63,814 nt of DNA, taken from contig CAVFNE010000002.1 of the NCBI GenBank assembly GCA_963623755.1, positions 1-63,814 on the forward strand, written 5' to 3'. This document shows positions 47,107 to 56,784 of this stretch, in pieces (within the stretch, counting starts at the first letter, position 1; every line of letters starts with the position of its first letter). The translations under genes were made by a program, and so were the position numbers. The notes beneath the pieces are model-generated. The model did not search any database. It was given only the letters and a program-made list of their open reading frames with translations, and was not told the DNA's origin. The stretch comes from Muribaculaceae bacterium (GTDB taxonomy: Bacteria; Spirochaetota; Spirochaetia; Sphaerochaetales; Sphaerochaetaceae).

Positions 47107-48453
47107 ATGATGATATCAAAGAAAGTAAATAACAGAGAGACTTATCAGAAAGTAAGACAGGATATTCTTGAGCCTTACTCTAACCCTGACCTTTATACGA
47201 AGGTAGATGCGCCTGGAGGAAATGTGTATGTATTCAAATCATATTACGAAGACTATATCCAAGACAGGCTGAATAGTGATTTAAAAAACAAAATCGAGAA
47301 AAATATAAGAGGCGCAGAATCGCTTGCCCGAAAAGGCCATATTGTTTACATCCTTCCTGAGAAGATAGTAATTATGGGAGAGATATATAACGGGGAAATA
47401 TCTGACTCAATAGTTAATGGCTACTTGACAGAGTTTAAGGAGCTAACCTCTTTCACATATTCACAATTTAAAAAACAGCTAAAGAATGGGCTTAGAAAAG
47501 CAGATGTCGTGTATATGCGATTGAGCAGAAATGAAATTATCGAGAAAGGAAAAACAAGAAGTATATTTGATCTAATAAATGGCCAAACCTCAGGTCGCAA
47601 CAAATATGAGGGTAAGATGGTTATTGTCTCATCGGATGGGGAAGAGTTTGTTTCTTATGTAATAAAAAATGGAACTCCTAATGAAGTTCCCTTTTCCAGG
47701 CTGGGCGACCTGCCCCAACCTGAGTGTAGTGTCGTCGAGAGAAATGAATCTGTCAAGAGCTTTAAAAAAGAAGCACAAAGAAAAGCTGAGGCTGTTCTTT
47801 TTAAGAACAAAATTGAGGAAGGCTTCAATAAACAGATTGATAGTATCTTAGAGGGAGATATCGGAATTAAGGATAAGACAATTGTTTTTTCTGATTCTAC
47901 ACCAAATGTTTTTATATCGTTGGGGCTTGATGATTTGACAGTCGAAATGTATATAGACAAGTTAGCAAGGGGATTGCTTCTAGATGAGTCTGTCTCTCAT
48001 GGACATTCAAGTGGGTTGTCCAAGAATATAGTCAAAGCTATCTGCAACGAATTAGGTAATCCGCTTGCAGTATTTGATTCCGCTTCTGTGAAAGGCCGAC
48101 TTGTTGCCCTTTATGATATATCTGACATGAATGGGGATAGTGTTATTGTTATTGTTTCGCCTAAGGCCAGAAAGAGCAATGCTGTTGAGATAAACCTTAT
48201 CTCGTCTATTTACGGAAAGGGAAACGGGTTAGGATTTAAGGCCTGGATTAACAAACGTCTTTTAAGATATGTTGATAATACAAGAGAAAAGAGCCTTGCG
48301 CTTAGGCTCCAATTGCCATCAACCAAGACTCTTTACGTAGATAATGTACTCACAAAATCTCAACTTGTCAACAAAAATACGGACTTATATTTCTATGACT
48401 TTAAGACCAAAACCGGAAATAAGTCATCAAAACTGGAGGGGGAGAGTGTTTAA
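47107..48453 (+). CDS. Hypothetical two-module protein: N-terminal PD-(D/E)xK (CdiA-CT tRNase-like) motif plus a C-terminal module resembling nuclease-like domains of phage/ICE polyvalent proteins
   Basis: GGGGA SD. AESLARKGHIVYILPE..ISDSIVNGYLTEFKELTS gives D100..E109-x-K111, followed by ..LRKADVVYMRL. The second module is SHGHSSGLSKNIVKAICNELGNPLAVFDS..RLVALYDISDMNGDSVIVIVSPK..EINLISSIYGKG. Confidence 0.55.
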   Translation: MMISKKVNNRETYQKVRQDILEPYSNPDLYTKVDAPGGNVYVFKSYYEDYIQDRLNSDLKNKIEKNIRGAESLARKGHIVYILPEKIVIMGEIYNGEISDSIVNGYLTEFKELTSFTYSQFKKQLKNGLRKADVVYMRLSRNEIIEKGKTRSIFDLINGQTSGRNKYEGKMVIVSSDGEEFVSYVIKNGTPNEVPFSRLGDLPQPECSVVERNESVKSFKKEAQRKAEAVLFKNKIEEGFNKQIDSILEGDIGIKDKTIVFSDSTPNVFISLGLDDLTVEMYIDKLARGLLLDESVSHGHSSGLSKNIVKAICNELGNPLAVFDSASVKGRLVALYDISDMNGDSVIVIVSPKARKSNAVEINLISSIYGKGNGLGFKAWINKRLLRYVDNTREKSLALRLQLPSTKTLYVDNVLTKSQLVNKNTDLYFYDFKTKTGNKSSKLEGESV

Positions 48454-49657
48454 AAAGTTGTTTTTAGAGATTAAGGTTGTTCTAGAGAATAAAGATGCAC
48501 TTATTGCCCTCTGTGGTTATGAATGCGTTGAGGAAATCTTTGATTTAAACGGTGTTTTCTTTTTTTGCTTGAAAGGCGCATCCTTTCTCGTCAAATATAC
48601 GGTGGGGGAGACTGATGCAGAAAAAAAAGAGAAAGCAGAGCAATTCCACATTCGGGAGATTATTTCAATAAAAATAAGCATCCTCCCTATTAGTTCCGCC
48701 TTATTTTTGTGTGGAACGACTGAAGATGCTTTCCTCCCTAAGCTGTTATCAAGCGCATTTTCTGTCAATGAATTAAAGATAGAGGAGGCAGATGAAATCA
48801 GAGGCTGGGATAAAGAAAAAGAGATAAAAGAAAGATCTGTGCTCTGCTTCAATGAAAAAGAGCTTCAGGGCTGTTCTTTGTCTTCCCATAATCTGAATAG
48901 GTTTTCCTCTTTCTTCAACAGCATCCCCGTTGATATAGCTGAAGATTCAAGAGCTAATGAGAATGCAGAAGAGATATATAGAGATATAGATAAGATTACG
49001 AATGTAGAAACAGGAGACGATGTTCAATTAGTGAACGCTGCTTTCGACAGGATTGTAAGGCATAGGGATTATGATCCCAGGCTTGTTGGAGGCCTCAAAG
49101 AACTCTATAAGAGAGCAATATTCCTCTTTGACGAAAAGCCTGATTATGATACGTCTAGAGCTGTCGGAACGCTTCTCAAAAAGAAGAGCAATGTCGGTTT
49201 TTTCAGTAACTATGGTATAAAGATAAGACTAGACGGCTTAGACTATTTTGTTCGTTATACCACACAGAATATTAAAAACAGAAATGACAGAATTACTGGA
49301 AGACAATTTCATTCAGAGCAGTTAAGCTCAACAAAAATAAGCAACCTCCTAATTTCATCCTCTTCAATTTTGAGGGCAGGAAGGAGTGTTGCCTCTGACT
49401 ATAAACAAGCATCACTTTTTAAGATTGTGAACAAATATATAAGTTTCCGCAATCAATGCTTTGGACGAGAGAGCGGGAGAGATATTGATAATGAAGATGA
49501 TTCCCAGATGAGAGAAAAAAAAGATGTCGAAACTTCTCTAAATAAAAAAATAAATCAGCCTTCCCTAGAGTATACCTGGGTGGCGTTTGGTTTATATCAA
49601 ACAGCTGAGTCTAACGAAAAAAATGTGAGAATTTCAGTGACGCAGATAAAGCATTAA
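48446..49657 (+). CDS. Hypothetical protein, translationally coupled partner of 47107..48453
   Basis: GTG at 48446 is preceded by GGAGGGGGAG and overlaps the upstream stop by 8 bp (GTGTTTAA). I see no recognisable catalytic motif. The track ORF starts further upstream at 48344, inside the previous gene. Confidence 0.5.
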   Translation: MFKKLFLEIKVVLENKDALIALCGYECVEEIFDLNGVFFFCLKGASFLVKYTVGETDAEKKEKAEQFHIREIISIKISILPISSALFLCGTTEDAFLPKLLSSAFSVNELKIEEADEIRGWDKEKEIKERSVLCFNEKELQGCSLSSHNLNRFSSFFNSIPVDIAEDSRANENAEEIYRDIDKITNVETGDDVQLVNAAFDRIVRHRDYDPRLVGGLKELYKRAIFLFDEKPDYDTSRAVGTLLKKKSNVGFFSNYGIKIRLDGLDYFVRYTTQNIKNRNDRITGRQFHSEQLSSTKISNLLISSSSILRAGRSVASDYKQASLFKIVNKYISFRNQCFGRESGRDIDNEDDSQMREKKDVETSLNKKINQPSLEYTWVAFGLYQTAESNEKNVRISVTQIKH

Positions 49658-49709
49658 GTGTAGATTCTGACAAAAATGAAGGTGTAGAGTGACAAATAAG
49701 GAGGAGTGT

Positions 49710-51014
49710 ATGCTGTATGTAGTTGTATTGTTATTCTTTTATTTACTTATATTTATACAGGATGTGTTTTTGTCCTCCGTCGTAATTCCGGCTCTTCTTA
49801 TTTTCCTTTTGTACCTCGTGCGGCACAAAACAAAACTGAGCCTTGCTCTTTTATTCATGATTCTGCTCTTCTCTATATTTTCTTCCTCCCTTGAGAAAAC
49901 CCGTCTTGATATACCAATCTCTATTGACGAAGTAACAGCTCTTTATGGAGAAGTGGTGACAGAACCCAACAGGAAGAAGAATAGATACTCAGGCTACAAT
50001 ATAATGCTTGAGAGTGTGGTGAATAAGAGGGGGGATTTTTTCTCATCTTTGGGGAAGGTATATATCATCGCACCAGATTTGGGAGTAACCCTGGGTGATA
50101 AGATCTATGTCAAAGGTGTGATGAACGATGAGTATTTCCTCTCGTCTGAGGGCTCTGTTATAAAGAGAAATAACCTCTCCCGGGTCAGGCGTAAGATAAA
50201 CTCTTTCTTTTTGAAATCTCTTCCTCCGGGTGATGAGGGGAATATGGTGTCGTTGCTTTTGACGGGCACCACGCTCGACGGCGGGAGTACGCTTCAAGAT
50301 AACGTACGCTCTCTAGGCTTGAGTCATCTTTTATCTCTCTCGGGAATGCACCTGGGCTTCATCAGTGCAATTGTTTTTCCATTATTGAGGCTTTTTCTTT
50401 CCAGAAAGAAAGCTGTAGGCGCTAAGAACATAATACTCTTTACTTTTGTGTACACTGCAGGATTTAGACCGAGTCTTATGCGTTCTATGATTTTTGTCAT
50501 TCTTATTCCTCTCTTCGGCCTTGAGTGCAGTTTTATTCTCTCCCTTGTCGCGCTTATCAAAATATTTCCTTTCTATCTCGATGAAGTTGCAACTATTTTG
50601 AGCTTCACATCCCTTGCAGGAATCCTCCTCTTCTCATTTCAGCAGGAGAGCATAAAAAAAAGTAATATTCCTCTTGTCTCTTCCATTGGTTCCTCCGTTA
50701 TTACAAGTGTTGCAGCAACCCTTTCCAGTGCTCCTGTGGTGTTTAATATATTCGGTTCATGGCAGCCTTATTCATTTTTGTTTTCGATAGTCGGTATGCC
50801 ACTCATTACGGTGCTTTTTGTTATGGTTATAGTAAGATTCATTATTCCTAAATCGGATTTAATAATCGGTGTAATAATAGAAATAATAAAGCAAAGCGGA
50901 TATATAGGGGAATATATTCCACTCACTGAGAGTTTTTCCCTCTACTATCCCATGCTGGGTGTGTTTCTTTTCTCTGTTGGGATTATATCGACAATTGGAA
51001 GAAGAAGGAGATAG
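49710..51014 (+). CDS. comEC: ComEC/Rec2-family membrane channel protein (short form, no metallo-beta-lactamase domain)
   Basis: AAGGAGG SD before the ATG at 49710, an N-terminal OB-like DUF4131 region, the LSLSGMHLGF competence motif, and many TM helices. Confidence 0.8.
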   Translation: MLYVVVLLFFYLLIFIQDVFLSSVVIPALLIFLLYLVRHKTKLSLALLFMILLFSIFSSSLEKTRLDIPISIDEVTALYGEVVTEPNRKKNRYSGYNIMLESVVNKRGDFFSSLGKVYIIAPDLGVTLGDKIYVKGVMNDEYFLSSEGSVIKRNNLSRVRRKINSFFLKSLPPGDEGNMVSLLLTGTTLDGGSTLQDNVRSLGLSHLLSLSGMHLGFISAIVFPLLRLFLSRKKAVGAKNIILFTFVYTAGFRPSLMRSMIFVILIPLFGLECSFILSLVALIKIFPFYLDEVATILSFTSLAGILLFSFQQESIKKSNIPLVSSIGSSVITSVAATLSSAPVVFNIFGSWQPYSFLFSIVGMPLITVLFVMVIVRFIIPKSDLIIGVIIEIIKQSGYIGEYIPLTESFSLYYPMLGVFLFSVGIISTIGRRRR

Positions 51015-51053
51015 CTTCTTTTTCTCTTTTTTCTTTTCGGTTATTCTCTTGGT

Positions 51054-51914
51054 ATGTGGAATCTGAATTATGACAGCCCCTTTGAGATAGATAGGGTGTT
51101 GAAAGAAAACGGCCTTTCGATGTCGAAGAAGTTCGGACAGAACTTTCTCATTAATGCTGAGATGCGGAGAAGAATAGTTGACAGCATAAATGTTGAGGAG
51201 AAAATGAGAGTCTGGGAAGTGGGGCCGGGACTGGGGGCGATTACCCATCATTTACTAGAGAAGGGAGTTGATTTGACTGCATTTGAAATCGACCACGGTT
51301 TTGTACGCGTCCTAAATGAAATTGCCTTCCCCGACGAGAAGAATTTCACACTTATCGAGGGGGATGCACTTAAGACTCTATTTAAGAAGAAGCTTCTGCC
51401 GCTTCCGGATAGAATTATCGGAAACCTGCCGTATAATGTCGGCTCTGTCATTATTGCTTCCCTTATAGAGAAAGGGTATTTACCAGATAGAATGGTCTTT
51501 ACACTCCAGAAGGAAGTTGTCGAGAGGATGACGGGGACTATAGAGAGCGGGAGTTACTCTTCGTTTTCAGTCCTTACCCAGATAGACTACGAGAACAAAA
51601 ATGTTCTTAAGCTCTCCCGCGCATGTTTCTGGCCGAGCCCGAATGTAGAGAGCGCAGTAGTAGTAATGAATAAAAGGCGTGAGAGTCTTGTACCGTCAGA
51701 ATACAGAGAAACATTCCTTACTCTCTTAAGAGTACTGTTCTCTCAGAGGCGTAAGACAATAAGGAATAACCTTTCTTCCTCCATTTACGGGAACAAAGGA
51801 AAAGAATACATCGAGGAGATTTTGTTTCAAGCAAAGCTTACAGGAAATGAGAGGGCTGAGAAACTGGAGACGGAGAGAATTGTCACTCTGGCGCGTGTAA
51901 TTCAGAGCACATAA
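51054..51914 (+). CDS. rsmA: 16S rRNA (adenine1518/1519-N6) dimethyltransferase
   Basis: KKFGQNFL motif, VWEVGPGLGAIT SAM site and the NLPYNV motif. Confidence 0.93.
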   Translation: MWNLNYDSPFEIDRVLKENGLSMSKKFGQNFLINAEMRRRIVDSINVEEKMRVWEVGPGLGAITHHLLEKGVDLTAFEIDHGFVRVLNEIAFPDEKNFTLIEGDALKTLFKKKLLPLPDRIIGNLPYNVGSVIIASLIEKGYLPDRMVFTLQKEVVERMTGTIESGSYSSFSVLTQIDYENKNVLKLSRACFWPSPNVESAVVVMNKRRESLVPSEYRETFLTLLRVLFSQRRKTIRNNLSSSIYGNKGKEYIEEILFQAKLTGNERAEKLETERIVTLARVIQST

Positions 51915-51942
51915 TGCGTCTTCCTCTTTGTGGAAAATAAAA

Positions 51943-51968
51943 AACACCAATGATTGCTCACTGGTGTT
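51943..51968 (-). terminator. Terminator shared by convergent pduL and rsmA (best on the minus strand)
   Basis: AACACCA..(12-nt loop)..TGGTGTT stem. On the minus strand it is followed by UUUUUUAUUUU. Confidence 0.6.
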
Positions 51969-51986
51969 TCTCTTCAAATGTAGATT

Positions 51987-52565
51987 TTATTTTACAATTG
52001 TACCCATCTGAGCGCGTGCACATGCTGCTGCATTTGACTCATCTGTGTCGATGTGCATTGCAAGACGGAAGGAAGGAGATACACGGATAACTGTATCGCC
52101 GAAAATTGTCTTTCTGCCGTTTTCGTTCTCAATCAAAACAGATACGATATCGCCATTCTTGACGCCGTACTCAGCTGCATCCTCCTCTGTCATGTGGATG
52201 TGTCTCTTGGCAACAATGACCCCTTCCTCAAGCTCAACAGAACCGCATGGCCCCACGAGTGTGCACTTTCCCGAGCCCTTTATGTCGCCTGATTCCCTGA
52301 TAGGTGCGTCGATTCCGATTGAACGGGCATCTGTTGCACTCAGTTCAACCTGATTGAACTTTCTGCACGGCCCGAGAATAGAAACGTTGGCAAGTTCCTT
52401 CTTGGGGCCGACAACTGTTACTCTTTCGTTGGATGCATACTGTCCCGGCTGTGAGAGTTCTTTCTTGACTGTAAGCTTGTATCCCTCTCCAAAGAGAGTG
52501 GCCAGTGTCTCTTCTGTTACGTGTACGTGACGTGCACTGGTCTCAACCATGAATTCTTTACTCAT
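51987..52565 (-). CDS. pduL: PduL-type phosphate acyl(propanoyl/acetyl)transferase
   Basis: Duplicated ..SARHVHV../..AKRHIHM.. motifs characteristic of PduL; GGAGGA SD. Confidence 0.9.
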   Translation of the reverse strand: MSKEFMVETSARHVHVTEETLATLFGEGYKLTVKKELSQPGQYASNERVTVVGPKKELANVSILGPCRKFNQVELSATDARSIGIDAPIRESGDIKGSGKCTLVGPCGSVELEEGVIVAKRHIHMTEEDAAEYGVKNGDIVSVLIENENGRKTIFGDTVIRVSPSFRLAMHIDTDESNAAACARAQMGTIVK

Positions 52566-52669
52566 TTATAAAATCCTCCAGTGAGTTTTCCTCTTCCTGA
52601 TTATCATACAATTTTGAGAGATAAACAACACATGTTGAAGACAATCGGCTAAAAGGCTAATCTTTAATT

Positions 52670-53404
52670 ATGACGATAGGTGTTTACGGACTTGGACGCT
52701 TCGGCTCATTCTGGGCTGAAACTCTGAGTAGAACAGATAATGAAATTATAGCTTATTCCCGCTCTTCCCATATTATGCCCGATGGCGTTAATGCGGGTAG
52801 TGAAGACGATGTTCTGTCTTCTGATCTTCTTTTCTTCTGTGTTGCAATCTCCTCCTTTGAGGAGGTTCTCGAAAGGGTGGGTAACCGCATAGGGAAGAAT
52901 ACGATTGTCGCCGATACATGTTCTGTTAAGACCTATCCGGCATCTTGGATGGAAAAACATCTGGAGAGTGAAATCTACAAGATAGCAACCCACCCGATGT
53001 TCGGCCCGGACTCGGCAAAGTACGGCCTAGAGGGACTTCCGATTGTCATGTCAGAGCTTTCGAAGAAGGACGAGCGCTATGATATAGTGAAAAATCTCTT
53101 CCTCTCCATGGGCCTTAAGGTAATTGAGATGAGTGCTGACGAGCACGACAGAGAAGCGGCATTCTCACAGGGCGTCACGCACTTTGTCGGGCGTGTTTTG
53201 AGCGACATGAAACTCCAGAGCTCGGAGATAGCAACCAAGGGTTATAAGGCCCTCTTGGAGATAGTCGAGCAGACATGCAATGACCCTTTGTCACTGTTTT
53301 GCGACCTCCAGCGCTATAACCCGTATACTCAGGATATGAGGCATGCGCTACGCCGCTCCATCGAGGATGTCGGGTATATGCTCGAGAAGGGGGAGGAAAG
53401 GTGA
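52670..53404 (+). CDS. tyrA: Prephenate dehydrogenase
   Basis: N-terminal Rossmann IGVYGLGRFG and the HPMFGP motif. Confidence 0.78.
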   Translation: MTIGVYGLGRFGSFWAETLSRTDNEIIAYSRSSHIMPDGVNAGSEDDVLSSDLLFFCVAISSFEEVLERVGNRIGKNTIVADTCSVKTYPASWMEKHLESEIYKIATHPMFGPDSAKYGLEGLPIVMSELSKKDERYDIVKNLFLSMGLKVIEMSADEHDREAAFSQGVTHFVGRVLSDMKLQSSEIATKGYKALLEIVEQTCNDPLSLFCDLQRYNPYTQDMRHALRRSIEDVGYMLEKGEER

Positions 53405-54675
53405 GAGTTTATATCTACACCCTCGGCTGCCGCCTTAATCAATGTGAGAGTGAGGCTCTATCAGAGAGTTTTTTTGAAGCCGGCTGGTGTGTTGAAAAAG
53501 AAAGTAAGGACGCCGAACTAATAATAGTAAATACATGTGCAGTAACAAGTAAGGCTGAACAAAAGGCACGTAGAATGATTCGCCTCTTTTCTCAGAGTGC
53601 CCAGTGCGTTATCGTATCCGGGTGCTACGCAGAGAGCGGGAGGAAGGTTCTGGAGGCCATCGGGAGAAATATATGTGTCTTCACTCTTGATGATAAGCCC
53701 TCCTTACTAAGGCTTCCCGAATACCTTGAGGGGAACACATCTCTTCCTTTACTTGATAGAGTAAGGTCCTTCACTAGAGGAAGTAACAATCCCTTTGAAT
53801 ATAATCCTCAGTCGTTTTCATACCATTCCCGCGCTTATGTTAAAGTTCAGGATGGGTGTGATAATTCATGTGGATACTGCAAGACAACAATAGTCCGCGG
53901 ACCATCAAGATTTCTGGATAAAGATGAGGTTGTGAGGCGTGTTCTCCAGCTTGAAAAGGACGGCTTTAAAGAAGTGATGCTTACGGGAGTCAACCTTACT
54001 AACTATGACCATGACGGGGAAGGACTGGGGGGACTTATGAAAGCACTCCTTACTGCCTGTGGCAGTGATATAAGATTCCGCCTTTCCTCGATGGAACCGG
54101 ACAACGTTGATGACCTGCTTCTCGAGCAGATTGCAGATAAGCGTGTTTTCCCCTACTTTCATATACCGATTCAGACAGCATCGGAGAGAGTGCTTGATAT
54201 AATCGGACGTGACTATTCAATAAGCCACGTCGAGTACATAATCAAAACATTGCGCTCGATTAAGGATGACCCGTATATAGGATGCGATGTAATAGCAGGT
54301 CTTCCGGGAGAGAGTGATGAGGATGCTGAGATAACATACCGCTTCTTAAAGGATAATGACTTTTCAAAGCTGCACGTATTCCCGTATTCCCCGAGGGAGG
54401 GAACTGCGCTCTATACATCAAAACTTTTTGTCGAGGAGAGAATAAGAGATGAAAGAGCAGAGAAGTTGAGACTTTTATCCCTTCGTCAGGAGAGGCAGTA
54501 TATAGCCCGGCAGGAAGGAAAGAAATGCGAAATCATCGCCGAGAAAAACGGTGAGGGAACAACGGGCAATTATATCAAGGCCGGAATAGAGAGAAGAAGA
54601 GGAGATATAAAAGAAGGTGAACTCTACTCTGGAGTATTTACTTCTGTTTTTCCCCCTCTTGTTTCCTGCTCCTGA
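53401..54675 (+). CDS. mtaB: MiaB-like radical-SAM tRNA methylthiotransferase (MtaB-type)
   Basis: N-terminal UPF0004 Cys triad (LGCRLNQ.., NTCAVT, SGC) and the radical-SAM CDNSCGYC motif. GTG start overlaps the tyrA stop. Confidence 0.83.
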   Translation: MRVYIYTLGCRLNQCESEALSESFFEAGWCVEKESKDAELIIVNTCAVTSKAEQKARRMIRLFSQSAQCVIVSGCYAESGRKVLEAIGRNICVFTLDDKPSLLRLPEYLEGNTSLPLLDRVRSFTRGSNNPFEYNPQSFSYHSRAYVKVQDGCDNSCGYCKTTIVRGPSRFLDKDEVVRRVLQLEKDGFKEVMLTGVNLTNYDHDGEGLGGLMKALLTACGSDIRFRLSSMEPDNVDDLLLEQIADKRVFPYFHIPIQTASERVLDIIGRDYSISHVEYIIKTLRSIKDDPYIGCDVIAGLPGESDEDAEITYRFLKDNDFSKLHVFPYSPREGTALYTSKLFVEERIRDERAEKLRLLSLRQERQYIARQEGKKCEIIAEKNGEGTTGNYIKAGIERRRGDIKEGELYSGVFTSVFPPLVSCS

Positions 54676-55540
54676 CAGTATTCTTCGTGTCCTGTGCCGT
54701 AACAAGCGAATAGGGCGGAATGTTTTCCTTAATCCATGTGTTCGAGCCTATGGTTGAGTCATGACCTATTGTTATGTCTCCCAAGAGTGTGGCATTGGCA
54801 TAGATTGTTACGTTGTCCTCAATTGTCGGATGGCGTTTGCTGCCCCTGAGAAGCATTCCACAGCCGTCCTTCGGGAATGACAGGGCTCCGAGTGTGACGC
54901 CCTGATAGATTTTGACGTTGTTTCCTATAACTGAAGTCTCTCCTATGACGACACCGGTACCGTGGTCGATGAAGAAATTTTCCCCCACTGTTGCTCCCGG
55001 GTGTATGTCGATACCGGTATCTGAATGGATGAGCTCGTTAATCATCCTCGGAATGAGAGGTAAGCCCTGAGTAAAGAGAAAGTGTGCGATACGATGGGCA
55101 AGGATAGCTTTGAAGCCTGGGTAGGTGAGGATTATCTCCCTCACTGATTTTGCCGCCGGGTCGCCTTCATATCCGGCCCTTCCGTCTTTTTTCAACATTT
55201 CTCTTATATGTGGTAGTTCCTCCAGAAGGGATGATGTTATTCTCTCTGATTTCTCTTGTGCTTCTTTTAGATCTATCAGGGTTGTCCTGTATGCAAGTAA
55301 AGCCTGGAAGAAGAGGATATTTGATGCCTTGTCCATATGACGTGATACGACAGCCGTCAGCATCCCCCTGCTGTTTATCTCCTCATAGTCGGGAAAGAGA
55401 AGGATGGTAAACTCCTCCATCATCTCTTTTACATCTTCTCTGGAAGGAAGCTGCAGGTTATGTATTTCATCGCTTTCTGCATTAAGACGGGAAAAGGTAG
55501 ATAGATAGTTTTCAATAAAAGGAGAAGAATCGAATTTCAT
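54638..55540 (-). CDS. cysE: Serine O-acetyltransferase
   Basis: SAT N-terminal helical domain with the GDPAA motif, and C-terminal hexapeptide repeats (IGETSVIGNNVKIYQGVTLG..). Confidence 0.87.
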   Translation of the reverse strand: MKFDSSPFIENYLSTFSRLNAESDEIHNLQLPSREDVKEMMEEFTILLFPDYEEINSRGMLTAVVSRHMDKASNILFFQALLAYRTTLIDLKEAQEKSERITSSLLEELPHIREMLKKDGRAGYEGDPAAKSVREIILTYPGFKAILAHRIAHFLFTQGLPLIPRMINELIHSDTGIDIHPGATVGENFFIDHGTGVVIGETSVIGNNVKIYQGVTLGALSFPKDGCGMLLRGSKRHPTIEDNVTIYANATLLGDITIGHDSTIGSNTWIKENIPPYSLVTAQDTKNTVRSRKQEGEKQK

Positions 55541-56100
55541 GGCCCTATTATAATCAAAACACCGCTCTTGATGCCAGCATTGGGAAAAATGTTTTTAAAC
55601 ATGATAATTCCAAACTCTGTATTAAAATAATCCTCCGATAGTCTGAAATGATATAAAATGCAGTGCCTTTTGATGCTTTCGCTTTGCTGTCAAATAAATT
55701 GTGAGCATCAAATAACAGGCTTGAGGCATTTCTAGAGTATTATGAGAAAATCGAGAGCGGGCAGTTTTCCGGCCTTAAAGCATAGATACATGCCCGAGTT
55801 TGGTCTTTTGTGGACAGAGAACTCTCGTTTGAGTATTCCCCTTAATCTTCACTCTCAGAGTCGGAGTATTGAGCGAAGGGGGAAAACGGGGTATTGAATG
55901 TTGAATAATGATTATCGCGCAGAATTAACACTGGGAAAAGGCGGTATGTGTCTATGTTTGCTTAGTTTTGATTAATAGTAACATCTTAAATGTAACTTGT
56001 TATTGTATAATAAATTAGTTGATACAAAAGTGCCATTGACAACCTTTCGGGGGGCTATAATACCAAAAATTATGAAGGAAATACTCAATAGGAGATAATT

Positions 56101-56784
56101 ATGAAGAAATTTTTAATTGCATTATTCGCGGTATTTCTTCTTGTGTCTTTCACAAGCTGTGATACACAGAAGAAAATCGATGAGGCTGTCGAAGAGGCTG
56201 TCGATAAGGCTTTAGCAGAACAAATGGAAACCATGCTTTCCATAAAGGATTCCTGGGCTGTATCATATCGATACGATGATCACACTGCTAACGTGGATGA
56301 AGGTAAATATGATTTATCTCTTTACAGCTCTGATGCTACAATCAAAGATTGTATAATTCGAATTCTGGCAGATAGTACCAACACCCTCTATAACAGTAAT
56401 TATTGGACTATAAAATCAGCATCGGGAACTGTCTCGATTGTAGAGTCTGAAGAAGAAAGCGGTGACAATGAAAGAACCTTGACACTGACAGGCGTCAGTA
56501 TCGAAGCAACATATGAGGGTAAAGACGTTTCATTGACGCTCGATGGTGAAATCTACCGTAAATTAATCGTGGTAGATGAGGATAAGCGTATATTTGATGT
56601 GGAAAGAAAAATGACAGGTTTTAAGGAGAATGGTACTCAATATAAGGATATCGAACTATCGTACAGGTCATCAGGCGACCACGATTTGGGGACAGATTAT
56701 TCATTACTTACATTTAAAAAGGCAGTATGTGATGGCAAGGATATCGATGTTGACTTTATGAATACATATTTTGGACGTCAATGA
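56101..56784 (+). CDS. Lipoprotein, paralogous family member
   Basis: Lipobox (LLVSFTSC) and AGGAG SD. C-terminus ..GTQYKDIELSYRS..DIDVDFMNTYF is related to 18684..19952. Confidence 0.7.
   Translation: MKKFLIALFAVFLLVSFTSCDTQKKIDEAVEEAVDKALAEQMETMLSIKDSWAVSYRYDDHTANVDEGKYDLSLYSSDATIKDCIIRILADSTNTLYNSNYWTIKSASGTVSIVESEEESGDNERTLTLTGVSIEATYEGKDVSLTLDGEIYRKLIVVDEDKRIFDVERKMTGFKENGTQYKDIELSYRSSGDHDLGTDYSLLTFKKAVCDGKDIDVDFMNTYFGRQ

Noticed and set aside
56036-56061. Apparent consensus promoter TTGACA ... TATAAT upstream of the 56101 lipoprotein gene
   Set aside because: The spacer between the two hexamers is only 14 nt, too short for a standard sigma-70 promoter. Alternative -10 hexamers at proper spacing are poor, so it is not reported as a feature.
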